From positions 1 through 64,000 of the IMG/VR virus record IMGVR_UViG_3300045007_000250: a stretch of DNA of 64,000 nucleotides, one strand, 5' to 3'. Source of the stretch: a virus. A program made the position numbers and the translations under genes. This document shows, piece by piece, positions 1-8,779 of this stretch (positions are counted from its first letter, which is position 1; every line of letters starts with the position of its first letter). The notes below the pieces were generated by a model. The model was not told the origin of the DNA, did no database searches, and worked only from the letters and a program-made list of their open reading frames with translations.

Positions 1-300
1 AAAGGACGAAGCGCGGGTGGTGTGGGTGGAGCAGTAAATACTAAACCACTGGTGTTGGTGCGTTACGGGTATATGCCAATAACACTCTCAAACGATGGGC
101 GTACTTGGTACACAACCATCCAAGCTGTTTCTGGTCAGGAGTACGGCGTTGGACGAACAACGGCTCAAAAAGAAGCAGACAAGACGAATCGCATTCGTCG
201 TGAAAAGGGTGATGATGTGGCGAGGCGGTCTCACGCTGCGTGGTTGTCGCGGTTCGACAAGGCTGTTCGGGACGAACTAAAGCGTAGTGGCGGTCGGTAA
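1..300 (+). CDS. MGKGR-leader family basic protein (5' truncated by window edge)
   Basis: Frame 1 is open from base 1 and reads KGRSAGGVGGAVNTK..., the same leader as the downstream paralogs; true start lies just before the window. Confidence 0.75.
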   Translation, partial: KGRSAGGVGGAVNTKPLVLVRYGYMPITLSNDGRTWYTTIQAVSGQEYGVGRTTAQKEADKTNRIRREKGDDVARRSHAAWLSRFDKAVRDELKRSGGR

Positions 301-824
301 TGGGCAAAGGACGAAGCACAGGTGGAGCAGGCGGCGGAGCGCCGGGAGTACGTCCCGCCGGTGGTGGTTTTTCCTTGGCCGCGGCGCGTGACGTTGACCG
401 TGTGGAAAAGATTTTCAACGGCAGTATCGGTCCCATGCACGGAGTTTATTCCCGACGCTACTACAAGGGGGCGGCTGCGGCTGAGATGGTCATGGCCGGA
501 GCGCGGGGCACCGGAAGCCCGACGTACAACGCCTTCCGATTCAGGACGATGGCTGCGGCGATGCGTGATCCTGCCTTTGCCGGTCTCTCCTTCAAATTCG
601 GGCGTGAGTATTCCCCGGTGCTCTACGTGAAGGGGCCGGAGGCACAGCTTCGGACCTTCATGACACGGCACGGGCGCACGGCGGATGAGAAGTGGATTGT
701 GCCGAAGGATGCGCGGGAGATCGTGCGGGGTCGTCGGGGCAATGCTTTGCTTGACGCCACCGGAACCGCCGTTCGCACGAAGGTTAGTCCGTTCCGCGGA
801 CAGCTTCGGCTTTGGTGGGATTGA
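300..824 (+). CDS. MGKGR-leader family Arg/Gly-rich protein
   Basis: Starts MGKGRSTGGAGGG; ATG overlaps the upstream TAA; ends RGQLRLWWD. Confidence 0.8.
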   Translation: MGKGRSTGGAGGGAPGVRPAGGGFSLAAARDVDRVEKIFNGSIGPMHGVYSRRYYKGAAAAEMVMAGARGTGSPTYNAFRFRTMAAAMRDPAFAGLSFKFGREYSPVLYVKGPEAQLRTFMTRHGRTADEKWIVPKDAREIVRGRRGNALLDATGTAVRTKVSPFRGQLRLWWD

Positions 825-851
825 GTGCGGGCACCTGCACGGGAGTAGCGC

Positions 852-1436
852 ATGGGCAAAGGACGGTCAGGTGGTGGGATGGGCGGCGGGGCCGCTGCGA
901 ACATGAATCGCGCTGTGCCTTCTCTGCCGAGCCAGTTGATCGGCGGGGTTTCCGAGAAGCGCACAAAGGCCGCTGCGGAAAAGTTGGCGGAGCATCTTGC
1001 TCTGACCATCCCCGGACGTGATCTGCGGGCCTTCACGGAGCGGGAGCGGGCGGCAATGAACACGTTGCCGCGGCGTTCTCCTGCACGGTTGGCGTCTGAG
1101 CCTTCCTTGAAGGTGTATGAGCGGGCGTTGGCTTTACAGCGCGGGGCCGGGATCGTTCCTATCACCTTCAAGGTGCTGCGCACCATGCCGGGACCGGGGC
1201 GATTGGGACCGGCGGAACAGGCGCGTGTGGCCCGCGGTTTGGCGCTGCGGCACACCGGGGAAGACCTGCGGGCGCTGGCGACCCATGCGCGTAAAGATGC
1301 CACGGATATTCGTGCGGCCATGCGTGGGGCTTCAAATCCCTTGCTTGCACGCCGCATCAAGGTACTCGAATACCGGGCAAGGGTGCTGGATCAAGCTGTC
1401 AGATACGCTGATGAGTTCGCAATTACACGCCCGTGA
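852..1436 (+). CDS. MGKGR-leader family Arg/Ala-rich protein
   Basis: Starts MGKGRSGGGMGGG; GGGAG RBS at 841-845. Confidence 0.8.
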   Translation: MGKGRSGGGMGGGAAANMNRAVPSLPSQLIGGVSEKRTKAAAEKLAEHLALTIPGRDLRAFTERERAAMNTLPRRSPARLASEPSLKVYERALALQRGAGIVPITFKVLRTMPGPGRLGPAEQARVARGLALRHTGEDLRALATHARKDATDIRAAMRGASNPLLARRIKVLEYRARVLDQAVRYADEFAITRP

Positions 1437-1449
1437 TGGGGGTTGACGG

Positions 1450-1542
1450 ATGGGTGACAAGGGCCGGGCAGGTGGCGGTTTGCGGCGATTCCGAACTCTA
1501 CCAAGGGGTCTTTGCGTCTTTGGTGGGATTGAGCGCGGATAG
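1450..1542 (+). pseudogene. Internally deleted relic of an MGKGR-leader gene
   Basis: ATG 1450 reads MGDKGRAGGG; another frame ends TKGSLRLWWD* at 1532; 1518-1538 matches 810-830 at 20/21 nt. Confidence 0.6.
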
Positions 1543-1560
1543 CCGTGTAGGAGGTTTGTG

Positions 1561-2187
1561 ATGGGAAAAGGACGTGCTGGCGGTGGAATGGGCGGTGCCG
1601 GTGGGATGACGCAGAGTGAGCGTGACCGCGCCGAGATCGCACGCGAAGTCCGCCGGAACAGGGCGATTGACCTTCGTTCCATGCTTTCCGCCAATCGTCC
1701 TCTCGGTGCCACCCTTGAGGGACAGGCTTCGGAGATGGCTCGGTCCACTCGAAGCACTGAAAGCGTTGACCGGGCGCTTCGGGTGAGCCGTGATCTGCTT
1801 TTGCGGACACAGAGGGATGTGGCTTCCGGTATGACCATCCCCGCCGGTGACATGCTTCAACTGAGGATTCAGGTGGCCCGTGACAACCGTGCTCTGTACC
1901 TGCGTGGCCGTGACGCCGTGGATGCGGTGAATCGCACTGGCTGGCATACGGCGACGGACGGACAGATTGGTGCGATTGGGCACTACTTCGCCGGGTCGCG
2001 GGGCATCACTCAGATGCGGGGACAGATTGCCACACTTACTCGACGGGCTGCGGAAGCGCGGACTTCCGGTGAGTCGGCCACAGCTACCCAAGGCAGACGC
2101 AATGCCATTGCCGCCTTGCAGAGAGGCTACAACCTGCGGATGGAAGCACGACAGTTCGGACGTGACTTTACCCGTGCGGGTGGGTGA
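1561..2187 (+). CDS. MGKGR-leader family Arg-rich helical protein
   Basis: Starts MGKGRAGGGMGGAGG; AGGAGG RBS at 1549-1554. Confidence 0.8.
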   Translation: MGKGRAGGGMGGAGGMTQSERDRAEIAREVRRNRAIDLRSMLSANRPLGATLEGQASEMARSTRSTESVDRALRVSRDLLLRTQRDVASGMTIPAGDMLQLRIQVARDNRALYLRGRDAVDAVNRTGWHTATDGQIGAIGHYFAGSRGITQMRGQIATLTRRAAEARTSGESATATQGRRNAIAALQRGYNLRMEARQFGRDFTRAGG

Positions 2188-3289
2188 TGAAAGTACCTGC
2201 GTTGACCACCCCCGCACTCAACCTGATTCGACGGCTCCCTCTGCCTTACGCCATGCTTCCCAAGGTGTTGAAGGCGGAAAGGGCTGTTCCTACGCAAGCC
2301 GGGGGTGGGGTGCCTACCTCTGCCCAGGACACTCCCGTTCCCACGGAAAAGCATGAGAGTGGGGATACCCTCAACCCCTAGATTGCTTCTTTCCTGACGC
2401 AAAGACATGGAGCTACCCATGCGCACCACGAGGACTGTGCCTCGTGCTCTGGTGCAAGCACTTGCATGGTGTCACCCTGCGCTACTTATGCCTTTAGATT
2501 GTGCAGCGTGACGCATGAAGGGGGTGGGGTGTGTTGCATTCCCTTGTCCATAGCGAGTTCAACGCAGGGGCAGGGCGCAAGTCAAGCAGCCTTGCAAGGA
2601 AAGCGGGGGTGGGGGGCGGGCAGTAAGCAGGCGGTGTCCCGTGTGCGGGGACTAGGACCACCTGATAGGTAGGGCTTGCGGGGGTGTTCACGTAGCCAAG
2701 ACCCTACACACACGGGGACTATGCCCACCCACGCCCTTGTTTCACGCGGAGCCGTAGGCCATGTCCTGCCCTCGTCCTTGTACGGGTCCACGGATCAAAT
2801 TCACGCCTTTTTCGTTGTGTTTGGGTCGGGGGAGTGTCCGGGGGTGGCCCTCGATTTGAAAAGTCCCTTTTTCTAATCGTTTTTCAACCTATGTGCCGGA
2901 GGGGAATGGGGCATAGGACGTTGGTAATTCTCAAGAAAATCAGGCGTTTCGGCGGGAGTGTTCGCCACGGATGCCCCGTGTGTTCATAGGACAAGAAAAC
3001 TGAGCGCGTAGGACCAAAAAACACTCCGAGAGGGGCTTTGAGGGGGCCGGAAGCCCTTGAATAAGGAAAAAATCGTACCCGTGGGGGTGATCGCGGCCAG
3101 GAAAACGCCCTCAAACCTCCCATCCAACCCTCTCAAACCCTCTCAAACCCCTCCGACGAGTCGCGCCTTTGTCCAGAGGACAAGATAAAGGATTTCGACC
3201 GGGTGGCCCCCAAAGTTTCTAACACGCCTTTACTCTTGCATTATGGCCGGGACAGGTTTATGATAGGGATGACATGAAGGAGAAATTCC

Positions 3290-4204
3290 ATGATTGCTGG
3301 TGAAGAACCGGGGAAGCGGGACGGACAGCAGCCCTCTCAGTTTGGCGAGGGTTGGTCTCAGTGTTTTCTCTGGCATAGGCGTTGGCCGGTGGCCTCCGGC
3401 GTGTGGCTCCTTCTCCTTCTCGGCATCGTCACGAACGCCTTGTGGTGGTGGAATTACGAACAGGAAACGACGGAACACGGGCAGCATCATGCGGAATTGT
3501 CGTCGCTTGAAGCTGACACCACAAAATACAAACGGGAGATTGAGGTTCTTGAAGGTGCCGCCGATGTATTGCGGCAGGAGATTGAAAATGCTCCCTCCAA
3601 AACAACGGTACGAGTTGTACGGATCAGTGACGAACGCGGCCCCACGGCTTTACCGCCGGGTACGCCGCCCGATCACGAAAATACACCGACACCGGAGCCG
3701 CTGCCACTCGACTGCATAACCTGTTTCCGGCAGGTGGAGATACCCTATCAGTTCACGAATCAATACGTGGTCCTCACCGACCTTTTGCGTTGGAACGAGC
3801 GGGCGCAAACCTTGGAATCCGACCCCGATCACCGCGCCATTCGTTTCACCCCGGAGTTCAATCGCGCCTTGGTGGATGCCGGTATTGCCGGATTCGTCAC
3901 TTATGACAACCGGGTGGCGCGCGCCCGTTTCTTCTTTGGGGTGGACGGTGGCGTGGCCCTGGCCGACACCCCGGTTTTCGGCGTGGGTGCCGGTCTTGAG
4001 TTCCTGAATTTCGAGAAATGGATTCGTGCGCCCATCGGGCTGCAAGCGGGCTTCTTCGGCACACCGATGGACTGGTGGCAAAGCCACGCTTCCCTTGGTC
4101 TTAGTTGGCGTTTCGTGCGCAACGTGAGCCTGAATCTTTCCTACGGACGGGCGTGGCGAACGAATCAAGTGCTGCTCGGCTTGAGCGTGTACCCTTTCGA
4201 CTAG
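3290..4204 (+). CDS. Membrane protein: N-terminal TM helix, coiled coil, C-terminal amphipathic beta strands (spanin-like candidate)
   Basis: Hydrophobic VASGVWLLLLLGIVTNALWWW; heptad region; Pro-rich linker; alternating beta strands ending LGLSVYPFD; AAGGAG RBS. Confidence 0.6.
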   Translation: MIAGEEPGKRDGQQPSQFGEGWSQCFLWHRRWPVASGVWLLLLLGIVTNALWWWNYEQETTEHGQHHAELSSLEADTTKYKREIEVLEGAADVLRQEIENAPSKTTVRVVRISDERGPTALPPGTPPDHENTPTPEPLPLDCITCFRQVEIPYQFTNQYVVLTDLLRWNERAQTLESDPDHRAIRFTPEFNRALVDAGIAGFVTYDNRVARARFFFGVDGGVALADTPVFGVGAGLEFLNFEKWIRAPIGLQAGFFGTPMDWWQSHASLGLSWRFVRNVSLNLSYGRAWRTNQVLLGLSVYPFD

Positions 4205-4212
4205 GGGGTTTC

Positions 4213-4491
4213 GTGAGCACCGAGACGACGTGGTTGGACATTCAGTTTGATGTTGGTTTCCGACTTCGTGCCACCCGGTTTGGGGACGAGCACTGCACGT
4301 CTCGTTTTTCCATCACCACCCCAAGCGGTGTGTCCATACCGGCGTCAAAGGTGCTGGCGAATGGACAGGTTATCCTTGACGCGGTGGAAGCTGATCCGGT
4401 GATGCCGGAAGCCGACATTCTGCGTCTGGTGCAATCCCCCAACGTCGTAATCGAAGCCCATTCCCGTGGCGATGTGGTGCTTCTAACATAG
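4213..4491 (+). CDS. Hypothetical protein
   Basis: GTG start after the previous stop; co-directional. Confidence 0.45.
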   Translation: MSTETTWLDIQFDVGFRLRATRFGDEHCTSRFSITTPSGVSIPASKVLANGQVILDAVEADPVMPEADILRLVQSPNVVIEAHSRGDVVLLT

Positions 4492-4529
4492 TGCAGGCGC
4501 TTGCACGGATAGACGAAGGAGATTTTTGC

Positions 4530-4781
4530 ATGGCGAAGACACCGGAAATCCGGGTGGACGCATCAAAGCTGGCGGAGTTGGTGCGGGAACGGGGTGCGCG
4601 TCCTTCGCCACCTTCCAACCCTTTTGTGGACGCCATCCGCCGTGGGAAGTCCGCGTTTGACGCCGGGGCCAAACCCGGAGATCAAGCATCCTGTCCCACT
4701 CACGAAGGCTCCAAGTTCGTTGCCTTCACCGGCAAGGGGCTGATCTGCGCCGTCTGTGCCAAGGAGCACGGTGTAAAATGA
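4530..4781 (+). CDS. Small zinc-ribbon protein
   Basis: GAAGGAG RBS; CPTH...CAVC. Confidence 0.55.
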   Translation: MAKTPEIRVDASKLAELVRERGARPSPPSNPFVDAIRRGKSAFDAGAKPGDQASCPTHEGSKFVAFTGKGLICAVCAKEHGVK

Positions 4782-5053
4782 CCCCACCCCTAAAATTTAG
4801 GGTGGTACGAGCACTCAAGCAGGCGATCTACCACGTCCTGCTCTTCCCCCTACTCGTCTTTTTCTGGATTCTGCGGTACATCGTCCTGCTCATTCCGTTC
4901 TGGATTCTCGAAGGGGTCTGATGCTGGCCTTCATCTGCAACCGCTGTGGCTGGTGCTGCCTCAACATGCGCGCCGGATGCTACGTCACCAAGCCGACCAT
5001 GCTCAGGATCATCGCGGCAGGACTGGCACAGGCGGGGGATTTCTCCCCGACAA

Positions 5054-5899
5054 TCATACCAAAGGCCATTTATCCCACTCCGTTCGGGCTTCATAGCAGT
5101 CCGGGCAAAGGTATTGTCCGTCTTCGCGGATCAAATCACACTCCGCAAATTCTTCATGGCAACCGTCGCAGTAATTGTGTCCGCGCCGGTGTCCGTGGGT
5201 TTCGGCGTAGCATGTGTCACATTGTTGTCGTCCGCAGTGATGGCAGTGCTCTATACAATGCGTGCAGAAATGCCCCTTGCAGGTTGCGCACGTCCGCACG
5301 TCGGCACTCGATTCCAAGGCTTTCCCGCAGCTTGCGCAGACTTCCGATTTTTTCATGTGCTCCGCACAAGGCTTGCATACACGCCCACCAGACGAGTCCA
5401 CGGTGACGGTGTAGTGTTGGAAATGCGTCTGACCACAGTTGGCGCATTCCACCGTCTCTCCGTGAATGATTTTTTCGGTCTCATACACCTGCAAGTGACC
5501 TTCCGTCTCAAGGCGCTCTATCAGGTCCATTTTTCGCACCGCAAATACGGTGGCCGGATCGTAGTGGTCGGGGGGCTTCAAGAAGAAAAGCGTCTCTTCC
5601 GGCTTCTCTTCCATTGTGGAGAGGATAAGCGCAATCGGAATGGTCTCAAGATGTTCTTTTGGGGCAAGTGGTTTTGTGTCTTTGTGTTCAAACTGAATGC
5701 AGACGGGGGCGGAGTTCCCGTTCGACCAAACGCGGAACATGGTGAGCGTGGTGAATGGAATTTCAATCACGGTCACGACACCATGAATTTTTTGCTTGGC
5801 TTCAAGCAGGTTCACCAGCGTACCCCGTTGACGTACCACTCCGCAACGGTTTTCGCCGGGCCTTGTATTATTTGAACGTCGTGAACACTCATGGTTCAT
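5054..5899 (-). CDS. Multi-zinc-ribbon (CxxC repeat) protein
   Basis: About ten CxxC motifs in the C-terminal half. Confidence 0.7.
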   Translation of the reverse strand: MNHECSRRSNNTRPGENRCGVVRQRGTLVNLLEAKQKIHGVVTVIEIPFTTLTMFRVWSNGNSAPVCIQFEHKDTKPLAPKEHLETIPIALILSTMEEKPEETLFFLKPPDHYDPATVFAVRKMDLIERLETEGHLQVYETEKIIHGETVECANCGQTHFQHYTVTVDSSGGRVCKPCAEHMKKSEVCASCGKALESSADVRTCATCKGHFCTHCIEHCHHCGRQQCDTCYAETHGHRRGHNYCDGCHEEFAECDLIREDGQYLCPDCYEARTEWDKWPLV

Positions 5900-6141
5900 C
5901 CCTCAGACGGCGTGGTGTCTCCCTTTTGGTCGCAGAGTTGCACCATTGTCAGCATGTAGTCCACCACGCTTGTCGCGCCGTTGTGTACTTGAAGGTTCGG
6001 ACAAGCCAATACCGGCTTTTTCGGTGCTCCCTGGGGGAAGTAGAATACACGCCACTCGGCCCCTTGCCCATTGCGGGAACGGGCCTTGGCGCGAAGGTCT
6101 CCGTCCTTGTCACGGATTTCCACCATGATCGTGCGTTCCAT
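5896..6141 (-). CDS. Hypothetical protein
   Basis: Tightly packed in the minus-strand operon. Confidence 0.55.
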   Translation of the reverse strand: MERTIMVEIRDKDGDLRAKARSRNGQGAEWRVFYFPQGAPKKPVLACPNLQVHNGATSVVDYMLTMVQLCDQKGDTTPSEG

Positions 6142-6142
6142 C

Positions 6143-6589
6143 TCAGATTTCCTTGCTCAAAGATTCCTCGTCAAATTCAATCGCGCATTCCCGGCAAAGA
6201 TGCTTGCCGTGGCGATCTTCTAAGATTTCCGGTACTTGGATTTGAATTTTGTTGCACTTTTCGCACGCCACCTCCTTCATGGAAGAGCGCGTGATTTTTT
6301 CGTCCCCTTCCTCATCGCAGTATTGTACTTCCACCCACGCCGCGAGGAAGAGGGTGTGCAGGTGTTCAATAAAATGAGCGCGCCGAGCGTTCCCCTTGTC
6401 GGATTCGGGCCACCCCTCTTTGCTTCCGTCCGGGCCGACAAAGACGGTGTAGTATCCGTTGATGGTGCCTCGAAGCACATCGGACACCATTTGCGATGGG
6501 AAGAGCCGCTTGGCCGTCTTGTGGACTTCCTTGATTGTTGCTTTGTCCCACGTCGTCACGATGATGGCGTGGTGTCGCGTATAGCCCAT
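6143..6589 (-). CDS. Phage hypothetical protein with C-terminal zinc ribbon
   Basis: MGYTRHHAIIVT...PDGSKEGW; CEKC/CREC; GGGAAGGAG RBS. Confidence 0.7.
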   Translation of the reverse strand: MGYTRHHAIIVTTWDKATIKEVHKTAKRLFPSQMVSDVLRGTINGYYTVFVGPDGSKEGWPESDKGNARRAHFIEHLHTLFLAAWVEVQYCDEEGDEKITRSSMKEVACEKCNKIQIQVPEILEDRHGKHLCRECAIEFDEESLSKEI

Positions 6590-6966
6590 TAGTTGTTCTC
6601 CTTCCCGATGGGGAGTAAGTCTTCCAGCCGGATCAGTACCGGCTTCCGCTCGATCCCTTGCACGGCCAATTCGTCCACCGGGCAGGCATCCGTGGGCTGA
6701 ATCACCACGGGCAGGCGGGAGTGGAGACTGAGATGGGCTTGGAGTACGGTGAGCAGGGCGGGGTAGGACGAATCGCGGACGTGAGACCAATCCCACTCTA
6801 CCTGATTCGCAAACGCCTCATCCTGCATTCCAAACCCATCGCAGAGCAGCCAGAGTCGCTTCCACTCTTCGGTTGAAAGGGCGGTGTTTCGCATCACGGA
6901 GAGCGCCTTGTGTCGAATGGACGCCCAACCCAGCTTCACCACTTGGAGTGTCTTGGCATCGTGCAT
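6589..6966 (-). CDS. Hypothetical early protein
   Basis: First ORF after the leftward promoter; AAGGGG RBS. Confidence 0.6.
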   Translation of the reverse strand: MHDAKTLQVVKLGWASIRHKALSVMRNTALSTEEWKRLWLLCDGFGMQDEAFANQVEWDWSHVRDSSYPALLTVLQAHLSLHSRLPVVIQPTDACPVDELAVQGIERKPVLIRLEDLLPIGKENN

Positions 6967-6995
6967 TGTCGGTCCCCTTCTTAGTGTCTGAGGGC

Positions 6996-7082
6996 AACGT
7001 AACACGTCTTTTCCGGCTTGTCAAGAAAAAATGCAATCGCTTGCACTTTTTTCTTGACAAGTCGTTTTAGAAGTGTTACGTT
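6996..7082. promoter_or_regulatory. Back-to-back divergent sigma70 promoters flanking the TGCAATCGCTTGCA palindrome
   Basis: TTGACA-17-TACGTT on both strands (-35 at 7019-7024 minus and 7054-7059 plus); palindrome at 7032-7045. Confidence 0.85.
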
Positions 7083-7124
7083 GTAATCATGGCGGCAAGA
7101 AGCCGCAAGGAAAGGACACGGACC

Positions 7125-7403
7125 ATGATCGGCACGGCTTTGGTAGCTCCCCGTTTCTGGCTTTGCGAGAAGACGGAAGGGGAGGAAAAGGGCTCGTGGT
7201 ATCGGAAGGTGTTGCAGAGACGCCCGGACGGGTCGCTTCTGCACATCGGCACCGTTGGTTTTTGGCGGGGCCTTTTCCTGGTGAGGGTATCGAAAAAGCG
7301 GCTAGCGCACTCTCCGCTGGTTGCAAATACACTTCCCAGCCAGGAAGACACCTTTTGGGGCGCTCTCAGTCACGTTGTAAAGGATTTCGCGCTTCTAGGC
7401 TGA
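7125..7403 (+). CDS. Hypothetical early protein
   Basis: GAAAGGA RBS downstream of promoter. Confidence 0.55.
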   Translation: MIGTALVAPRFWLCEKTEGEEKGSWYRKVLQRRPDGSLLHIGTVGFWRGLFLVRVSKKRLAHSPLVANTLPSQEDTFWGALSHVVKDFALLG

Positions 7404-7411
7404 TTTTCGTC

Positions 7412-7440
7412 TTGACAATCCGAAAGAGGCGTGTTAGCTT
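7412..7440 (+). promoter_or_regulatory. sigma70 promoter with extended -10
   Basis: TTGACA-17-TAGCTT with GCGTGT before -10. Confidence 0.75.
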
Positions 7441-7459
7441 CTTGAGAAGGGGACTGACA

Positions 7460-7783
7460 ATGCCGAGACACTTCAACTCCATTCCCGATGAAGAGGACGT
7501 GGAAGCCTACCGCGACGTGGCGGAGCAGATCGTCTCTCTTTTTACCGGCAAGACCAACAACATCGGGCTTCACGAACCGGCCTTTGCGCAGGCGCTTGTC
7601 AACGCGATGCACCGGCAGCACCGGACACTCCAAGCCAACGTCATTCGTGTCTTGCAGCACTTTCTTGTGGAATACGGCAAGCGTGACGGTATGCAGTGGG
7701 TGGATTTGCGGAACAAGGCGGCGGTGGAGCTTTGCCAGAAGGTGACGCCGCTTCTCATCGACAGCTACGTGCCCACGATTTAG
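7460..7783 (+). CDS. Hypothetical protein
   Basis: AAGGGG RBS after promoter. Confidence 0.65.
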   Translation: MPRHFNSIPDEEDVEAYRDVAEQIVSLFTGKTNNIGLHEPAFAQALVNAMHRQHRTLQANVIRVLQHFLVEYGKRDGMQWVDLRNKAAVELCQKVTPLLIDSYVPTI

Positions 7784-7792
7784 GGGTGAGCC

Positions 7793-7990
7793 ATGATCGG
7801 CAAAGACTTTGCTCCGATTCTGCGTGAGCGTGTCCGGCGAGACAAAAGCCGCCTCTGGCGTGCCCGGCGGTGGTTTGGTTTTTCCGACTACTCATCGTGG
7901 GGGTACGTGATCGGAGAACTGATCGGGGGGATTCTTTTTCTCTCGTGCCTTTTCGTCTTCCCGGCGCTCTTCATGGCGCTGGGGGCTTGA
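7793..7990 (+). CDS. Small membrane protein
   Basis: C-terminal hydrophobic helix. Confidence 0.55.
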   Translation: MIGKDFAPILRERVRRDKSRLWRARRWFGFSDYSSWGYVIGELIGGILFLSCLFVFPALFMALGA

Positions 7991-7992
7991 CA

Positions 7993-8454
7993 ATGAACAT
8001 GCAAGTAGAGACGGCCAAGCGGAAAAGTTCCGTTGGTGAGCGGCGTTTTGCCAGAGAAAGGGCGTGGGCGCTTTATGCTCCGGTCGTCTTGTCTGATAGG
8101 CAGTGGCCGTGCGCCGATTGGATCAAAGAAGCACTGCCCTTGGCCCGGATGCTTCATCTTGGGGAGCACTATGCGAAAAGCAATGACCCCGTGGCCTTGG
8201 CGTCTGAACTTGATGTGCTTGCCCATTTGCAGAGCGCGTGCATGGAAGCCCCGATGCCTTCGGAGTACGTCCACATCTTCCTGCACCTTGGGGCGAAGAT
8301 GATGGAGCAGTGGCAGGGAGCGACGAATGCATGGGATGTTACGGCGGCTCCACGGGAACTTTCGAGATACGAACGGTTGTGCCTTCTTGAGCTTCAAGGC
8401 AACATTTACCGGAAGCAAATGAACGCTCTGGATACTCCGGGGAAGAAGTTATGA
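7993..8454 (+). CDS. Hypothetical protein
   Basis: Operon packing. Confidence 0.6.
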   Translation: MNMQVETAKRKSSVGERRFARERAWALYAPVVLSDRQWPCADWIKEALPLARMLHLGEHYAKSNDPVALASELDVLAHLQSACMEAPMPSEYVHIFLHLGAKMMEQWQGATNAWDVTAAPRELSRYERLCLLELQGNIYRKQMNALDTPGKKL

Positions 8455-8554
8455 AACGAGGGTCTTGCCCCACCCCTTCTTATGCAGAAGGTGAAGCAAA
8501 ACGTAATCCGCTTCGTTGTGGAAGTGGCCTTTTTCACAACAGCACGGAGGTAGC

Positions 8555-8779
8555 ATGAGTCCCAAGGAATTTTCGACAGAGCGGACGCCCCTTGTTCGGT
8601 TACAGGCGGCGAAGGAACTTCTCAAAGCAGTGAAGGTGCATGGCGTTCCAGCCGTGACCGACAAGGTTTCCGATTTTTGGGAGTCCTTGGAGTCGGCGGT
8701 GAACGCGGGCCTTGAGTTGCACCAGGCCCTTTCCGCCATTGAATACCGGGCTAAGATGGCCAAAGCGGGGCGGGCGTGA
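8555..8779 (+). CDS. Hypothetical protein
   Basis: GGAGG RBS. Confidence 0.6.
   Translation: MSPKEFSTERTPLVRLQAAKELLKAVKVHGVPAVTDKVSDFWESLESAVNAGLELHQALSAIEYRAKMAKAGRA

Noticed and set aside
2184-2381. 65-aa ORF after the leader array
   Set aside because: No leader, no recognisable motif and atypical composition; left unannotated
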